Source: Candidatus Hecatella orcuttiae
GTDB lineage: Archaea; Thermoproteota; Bathyarchaeia; Hecatellales; Hecatellaceae
Length of the DNA: 64,000 bases
Direction of reading: 5' to 3'
Assembly: GCA_002011035.2 (NCBI GenBank)
Contig: MTLY02000001.1
Location: forward strand, 288,001 to 352,000
In this document: piece by piece, positions 59,363 to 64,000 of the stretch
Position numbering within the stretch: position 1 is the first letter of the stretch
Layout: every line of letters begins with the position of its first letter
Notes under the pieces: generated by a model
Databases searched by the model: none
Told to the model about the DNA's origin: nothing
The model's input: only the letters and a program-made list of their open reading frames with translations
Translations under genes and position numbers: made by a program

Positions 59363-60847
59363 CTACCCGCGCGCAGCCCTGTCCGCTTCTTTGACGATAG
59401 CCTCCATGGAGGCCAACAGGTCTTTGTCGATGGGTGGAACCTGGTGAGTCTTCAAGATTTCCTTCGACTTTTGGTAGGCCAAGTAGGCTAGGTCCTTCTT
59501 GTCTGTTTTTTTCTCCCAAGTTCCTCGCATGTCCCTGTTCAGCAGCGTGGGGAAGGATTCCTCCGCGTCCATCCATTGGAGGGTGTGCTTCTTGGAGAGG
59601 AAGTTCCCCCCAACCCCCACCTCTTTTATGAGGTCTGTCGCCAAGGTGTCATCGTTCACAGAGATGCCCTTGGTAGCCCTCCGGCACATGGCTATGATAT
59701 CGTGGTCGATGATCAGCTGCTCCAAGCTGAACGTTTGACCCAGCTCCAGCATCCCAGCGCCGTAGATGGCATTGGCCCCCGCCAGCATGGGCAGGAGGGT
59801 GGTTATGGTCTTCTCGTGGGCAGCCTGCGCGTCGGGGAGCTTGGCATCAGCCTAGGTGCCTGCCACATAGCTGGGCAGCCCATAATACTGCGCAAGTTGC
59901 GAAACAGCGGCGCTTATCAGCCCCAGCTCCGGCGCTCCCACGGGTGCTGTGGCCGTCCTGAGGTCGAACATGGTGGTGGAGCTGCCGTAGATGACAGGTG
60001 CACCGGGCTCTGTCAGCTGGGCGAGGACGATGCCTGAGAGCACTTCTGCGTTATGGGTCACCAAAGTGCCGGCCAACGTCACGGGGCCTGTAGCTCCAGA
60101 CATGGCCATGCTTAGCACGTTCACCGGGATGTCGTAGCGGGCTCCTTGGATGATGACTCCGCAGGCGTTGGCGTGCAGCTGGAGGGGACTGGTGGGACAC
60201 AGCAACACGGATATGATGGGCCTCTTCCTGAAGGCTTCTTCGTCGCCTCCATAGTAGGCGACACCCATCTTGAAGTAGTACTCCATGTGCTCAGCCACCG
60301 GGTCGACGTGGTGGAAGTGTTTTCTCGTCCCCACCCAGGAAGTGAAGGTTTCGTGGACGTCCGAAGCCAAGCCTTCCATCAGAAGCTCTCTGGCTGCACA
60401 GGGCAGGGAGAAGAAGTCGATGGTGGAGCACCAATCTGCAAGGACAGCGGCTTCATAGACGTCTTGATTGTTCGACTCTCGAATGGAATTGGTTTCATAT
60501 TCGTAGGTGTACAGCCCCGTGCCGAAGGTAGTGTTACCCACTTTTCTTCCAGCCTCTAGAAGCACGTCGCTTCCCTTTTCACGGCCGGCTAAAAGGACTC
60601 GGCCGGGACACTTGTGGAGGGCGTCCTTAACGATGTGCTCAGGAATCCTCACCATGCGTTTCACCGGGTCAACGTCACATCCTCCCTTTTTGAAGATTTC
60701 CAAAGCCTCTTCATGGTAGACTCCAACTCCGCTGGTCTTCAATACGTCCATCGTCTCCGAGTTGATGCGGTCTAGGGCGTCTCTGGAAAGTAGCTCCAAC
60801 CTAGCTCCTTGAACCATGTCAAGTCCGGCGAAGAGTTTCACTGGCAT
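59363..60847 (-). CDS. mttB: Trimethylamine methyltransferase MttB, Pyl at TAG 59852-59854
   Basis: [25 protein letters not shown] matches the MttB Pyl motif; ATG 60847 follows the GGAGGTGA RBS. Confidence 0.95.
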
Positions 60848-60913
60848 TGCATTTTTCACCTCCCTTTTTTCTGGGTATTTGTTTCATCACGCCCCTCCTC
60901 GGCGCTCGATGAG

Positions 60914-60977
60914 TGTACCCTTCAAGCATCTCCGCCCCTCATCAACATGGTTCAGGGCAGCGGCTTGGCTGAAGGGT
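60914..60977 (-). ncRNA. Box H/ACA-like guide RNA complementary to the mttB UAG context
   Basis: ACCCUUC/GAAGGGU stem, pocket AGCC + GAUGCUU, CUGA...AUGAG K-loop, ACA 14 nt below the pocket. Confidence 0.72.
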
Positions 60978-60993
60978 TAAACCGGATGATGGG

Positions 60994-61644
60994 TCATTTC
61001 TTTTCCAGAAGTTCTTTAGCCTTGTTCACAGCGTCGACAGCATCTTCTCCTCGAGCGTCAGCACCGATGACTTTAACCCAGTCAGCGGTAACCGGCGCGC
61101 CTCCGACCATGTAGACTACTTTGTCCCTGATGCCTGCCTTCTTCAACTCTTCAGCCAAAGTCTTCTGCTCAGGCATGGTGGTAGTCATGAGGGCAGAAGC
61201 GCCGACGATATCAGCGTTGACCTCTTTGGCCTTGTCTACGATGGTTTTAGCCGGTATGTCGCGGCCTAGGTTGAACACTTGGAATCCGGCGGCCTCCATC
61301 ATCACGGCGACGATGTCTTTTCCTAGGTCGTGAACGTCTCCGAGGACTGTGGCTATCACTACTTTGCCTAGGTATTTTCTTTCCTTTCCCGCCTGAAGCT
61401 TAGGCGTCAGCATGACTATCGCTTCCCTCAGAGCATCAGCCGCCATCATGACGTGAGGGAGGTAGAGTTCACCTTTCTGGAAGGCTTCCCCTATCTTCCG
61501 CATTTCTTCGGTGCTGGCGTCGATGGCCGCTAAAGCGTCTATGTCAGACTCGAGGATCTTGTTCACGACAGCCTTCGTGGCTTCCACGTCACCTTCGCGG
61601 ATCGCTGCGCACAATTTACGCAATATTTCTTCTTTTTCAGCCAT
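60994..61644 (-). CDS. mttC: Trimethylamine corrinoid protein
   Basis: DVHDLG, SALMTTT, MVGGAPVT; upstream of mttB. Confidence 0.88.
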   Translation of the reverse strand: MAEKEEILRKLCAAIREGDVEATKAVVNKILESDIDALAAIDASTEEMRKIGEAFQKGELYLPHVMMAADALREAIVMLTPKLQAGKERKYLGKVVIATVLGDVHDLGKDIVAVMMEAAGFQVFNLGRDIPAKTIVDKAKEVNADIVGASALMTTTMPEQKTLAEELKKAGIRDKVVYMVGGAPVTADWVKVIGADARGEDAVDAVNKAKELLEKK

Positions 61645-61800
61645 AGGAGAACAACCCCTGTCGTTTCACCCCCAACTAGTAAACATTGTTTGCATTAAAA
61701 AATTTTTCCAGCTACTACTTTTCTGGTAGCGGGGAAGCGGCAGAAAAATTGAGCGGTTTAAATAATTAATGTAAGCAGATTCAAAAAAATCTCTGATTTA

Positions 61801-61818
61801 GATAAACCAATTTATAGG
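61801..61818 (+). promoter_or_regulatory. BRE/TATA promoter for the pyl operon
   Basis: GATAAACCAA-TTTATA about 45 nt upstream of the tRNA. Confidence 0.5.
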
Positions 61819-61861
61819 GGAAAGATAAAAGTACAAATTGGTGAACTGCGAAAAAATTGAT

Positions 61862-61929
61862 GGGGGATCGGCCGGGGGGCCACAAGAGTTCTAACCTCTT
61901 GGAGCCGGGTTCGACTCCCGGATCCCTCG
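61862..61929 (+). tRNA. pylT: tRNA-Pyl (CUA)
   Basis: 7-bp acceptor, 1-nt linker, GGCC/GGCC D stem with 4-nt loop, 6-bp anticodon stem CAAGAG/CTCTTG, loop TT-CTA-AC, 3-nt variable loop, CCGGG/CCCGG T stem, G73; CCA not encoded. Confidence 0.96.
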
Positions 61930-61969
61930 GCACAGGAAAAGGGCTTATTTAAAATCTATGTGAGCTTCC

Positions 61970-62812
61970 ATGGGCGATTCCTCCATCACCTTTACCCCCA
62001 GCCAAAAGCAGCGTTTGATAGAGCTTGGTGCTGAGCTCAGCAAACTGGAAGCTTCTTTTACCTCCCCCAGAGAGCGGGAAAAGGTTTTCAACAGCCTAGC
62101 TGAGAAGCTTACGAGAAAAAACCGGGAAACGATAAAGAAGCTGAAGGACAGCGGAAAAAGGCCTCCCCTTAAAACCGTTGAAAGTAAGCTGGTGAACGTT
62201 TTAACCTCTCTGGGGTTCGTTGAGGTTGTCACTCCCACGATAATTCCGAAGACCTTCATCAGCCGAATGGGGATCGAAAAGGAAAGCAACCTCTGGCAGC
62301 AGATACTCTGGCTGGACGGCCGGCGATGCCTCCGCCCCATGCTGGCACCTAACCTATACTTCGTAATGGGGAAGCTTAGAAGATTCTGGAAGCCTGTGAG
62401 GATATTCGAGGTTGGATCCTGTTTTCGAAAAGACACTCGGGGGTCCTTCCACACCGAAGAGTTCACCATGCTCAATTTCGTGGAGTTAGCTCCTGATGCA
62501 AACCCTCGGGAACGTTTGGCGGAGCTGATAGCCAAGACTATGGGAGGCCTCGGCATCGGATCCTACGAGGTTCGATCTGAAAGCTCAGAAGTCTACGGGG
62601 AAACCTTAGATGTCTTGGTCAAAGATGTGGAGATAGGCTCCGCTGCCATAGGGCCTAAGCCCATGGATGTCAACTGGGGCATCGTTGACCCTTGGGTAGG
62701 GTTGGGCCTCGGCATTGAAAGAGTAGCCATGGTGACAGGGAACCATCACCCCATAGCGAGGGTGAGTAGAAGCCTCATATACCTCAACGGCGCTAGGTTG
62801 GATATCAAATAG
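61970..62812 (+). CDS. pylSc: Pyrrolysyl-tRNA synthetase catalytic domain (no fused N-domain)
   Basis: QKQRLIELG, CLRPMLAPNLY, FEVGSCFRK, EFTMLNFVE, VYGETLD, PWVGLGLGIER. Confidence 0.96.
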   Translation: MGDSSITFTPSQKQRLIELGAELSKLEASFTSPREREKVFNSLAEKLTRKNRETIKKLKDSGKRPPLKTVESKLVNVLTSLGFVEVVTPTIIPKTFISRMGIEKESNLWQQILWLDGRRCLRPMLAPNLYFVMGKLRRFWKPVRIFEVGSCFRKDTRGSFHTEEFTMLNFVELAPDANPRERLAELIAKTMGGLGIGSYEVRSESSEVYGETLDVLVKDVEIGSAAIGPKPMDVNWGIVDPWVGLGLGIERVAMVTGNHHPIARVSRSLIYLNGARLDIK

Positions 62813-62816
62813 GGCT

Positions 62817-63926
62817 GTGGAATTGATGCCCCTGACGAGCACCGCCTTGAAGGGCGAGGCTTCCCGCGAGGTTCAGGAAATTCTGGCAAAAGCCGCTGAG
62901 GGAAACTTAGAGGAGAAGGACGCCCTACGCTTGATGAAAGCCGAAGGCATAGACGACTTGTTCGCCCTGTTCAACACCGCCCATGAGATAAGAAAACGAC
63001 AGTTCGGCGACAAGGTTTTCGCCTACGGCTTCGTCTATTTTTCCACCTACTGCCGGAACAATTGCTCCTTCTGCCTTTACCGGCGTGCAAACCGGTGTGC
63101 TCCCCGCTATAGGAAAAAAGCAGACGAAATAATGGAGATAGCGGAGATGTTGAAGAAGTCGGGAGTGCACCTCATCGACTTAACCTCGGGGGAAGACCCT
63201 CAAATCCATTCGGAGAAAGGGTACCGCAGACTGTTGAGCTACGTGGAGAGGCTGAAGAAGGAATTGGACATGCCTCTCATGGTTTCACCGGGGGTTTTAC
63301 CGAAAACCGTTCTCAGGGAGTTGGGAAGAAAAGGTTTGGACTGGTATGCCCTCTACCAGGAAACCCACAACCGCCTTCTTTTCTCCAAGCTCCGCTGCCG
63401 CCAAGACTATGATGAAAGGATGAAAGCCAAGACCTACGCCAGAGAAGAGGGAATGCTTATTGAGGAGGGAATTCTCATCGGTGTAGGCGAAAGCAGGGAA
63501 GACGTGGTCGATTCCGTCTACCAGATGAAAAAGATGAAAGCCCACCAGGTTAGAGCCATGGGCTTCATACCTCAGAGAGGAACTCCTATGGAAAGCCGCC
63601 CCTCGCCGCCGATTCTCGAAGAAATGAAGGCCATATCTTTGATGCGCCTTGTCCACCCAGATAGGCTGATCCCAGCTTCCTACGACATCGACGGTCTTAA
63701 AGGCCTAGGCCTACGCCTGATGGCTGGGGCCAACGTGGTGACCTCCCTGATACCTCCAAGGTTTCACCTCCGGGGAGTAGCCCAGGCGGAGTTGGATGTG
63801 GAAAGCAGCCTGCGAACGCTTTCTGGCGTAAAACCCTACCTCCAAAAGCTGGGATTGGAGGTAGCTTCCCTGAAGAGTTACAGGAAATGGATTGAAGAAG
63901 AGAAAGCTCGCCTCCCGGGGAAATAG
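62817..63926 (+). CDS. pylB: Methylornithine synthase (radical SAM)
   Basis: YGFVYFSTYCRNNCSFC, DLTSGED, LIPASYDIDG, GANVVTSLIP. Confidence 0.95.
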   Translation: MELMPLTSTALKGEASREVQEILAKAAEGNLEEKDALRLMKAEGIDDLFALFNTAHEIRKRQFGDKVFAYGFVYFSTYCRNNCSFCLYRRANRCAPRYRKKADEIMEIAEMLKKSGVHLIDLTSGEDPQIHSEKGYRRLLSYVERLKKELDMPLMVSPGVLPKTVLRELGRKGLDWYALYQETHNRLLFSKLRCRQDYDERMKAKTYAREEGMLIEEGILIGVGESREDVVDSVYQMKKMKAHQVRAMGFIPQRGTPMESRPSPPILEEMKAISLMRLVHPDRLIPASYDIDGLKGLGLRLMAGANVVTSLIPPRFHLRGVAQAELDVESSLRTLSGVKPYLQKLGLEVASLKSYRKWIEEEKARLPGK

Positions 63927-63932
63927 GCTTCC

Positions 63933-64000
63933 ATGCCCGTCAAAACCTTATGCATCGCAGGCGGACGGCTTCAGGGAATTGAGGCTGCCTACCTTGCCAG
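63933..64000 (+). CDS. pylC: 3-methylornithine-L-lysine ligase, N-terminus (truncated by the window end)
   Basis: MPVKTLCIAGGRLQGIEAAYLA matches the PylC N-terminal GGxLQGxEAAYL motif. Confidence 0.88.
   Translation, partial: MPVKTLCIAGGRLQGIEAAYLA

Noticed and set aside
59363-59788. Separate 141-aa ORF, or mttB as a pseudogene
   Set aside because: In-frame continuation of MttB past a TAG at the conserved Pyl position, with pyl genes adjacent.
61706-61737. CTAC-Nn-GTAG operator shared among island promoters
   Set aside because: Spacing is inconsistent between occurrences and the motif is too short to support.
1-64000. CRISPR arrays, transposases, integrases, rRNA
   Set aside because: No regularly spaced repeats or recognisable mobile-element or rRNA sequence seen.

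Overview
Archaeal chromosome segment, most likely a TACK lineage such as Bathyarchaeia (inferred from S26e, archaeal MAT, GGAGGTGA RBS and gene content). Positions 1-46.1 kb are mostly housekeeping: moeA, fprA, htpX, a 4-subunit proline/sarcosine-dehydrogenase-like flavoenzyme, purSQL-purF x2-purDE, lsm, mat, rio2, pyrG, purA, proS, pheST, trpS, coaD and map. Positions 46.2-64 kb form a methylamine/pyrrolysine island: a Pyl-free mtmB, an Amt-like transporter, mtbC-mtbB (in-frame TAG), PII, an NCS1 permease, mttC-mttB (in-frame TAG), tRNA-Pyl(CUA), pylSc, pylB and the start of pylC. TAG is still a common true stop here, so amber readthrough must be site-selective or leaky. Main discovery: each Pyl methyltransferase gene has an adjacent, same-strand box H/ACA-like hairpin (K-turn, ACA box 14 nt below the pocket) whose pseudouridylation pocket base-pairs around that gene's own UAG codon. 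This suggests guide-RNA-directed marking (pseudouridylation) of the amber codon for Pyl insertion. Also found: a hammerhead ribozyme in the leader of a small Zn-finger gene, a third, probably rRNA-directed H/ACA RNA, an in-frame pylB-TAG-pylC junction, and genes needing non-canonical starts. All calls are by eye; no searches or folding programs were run.
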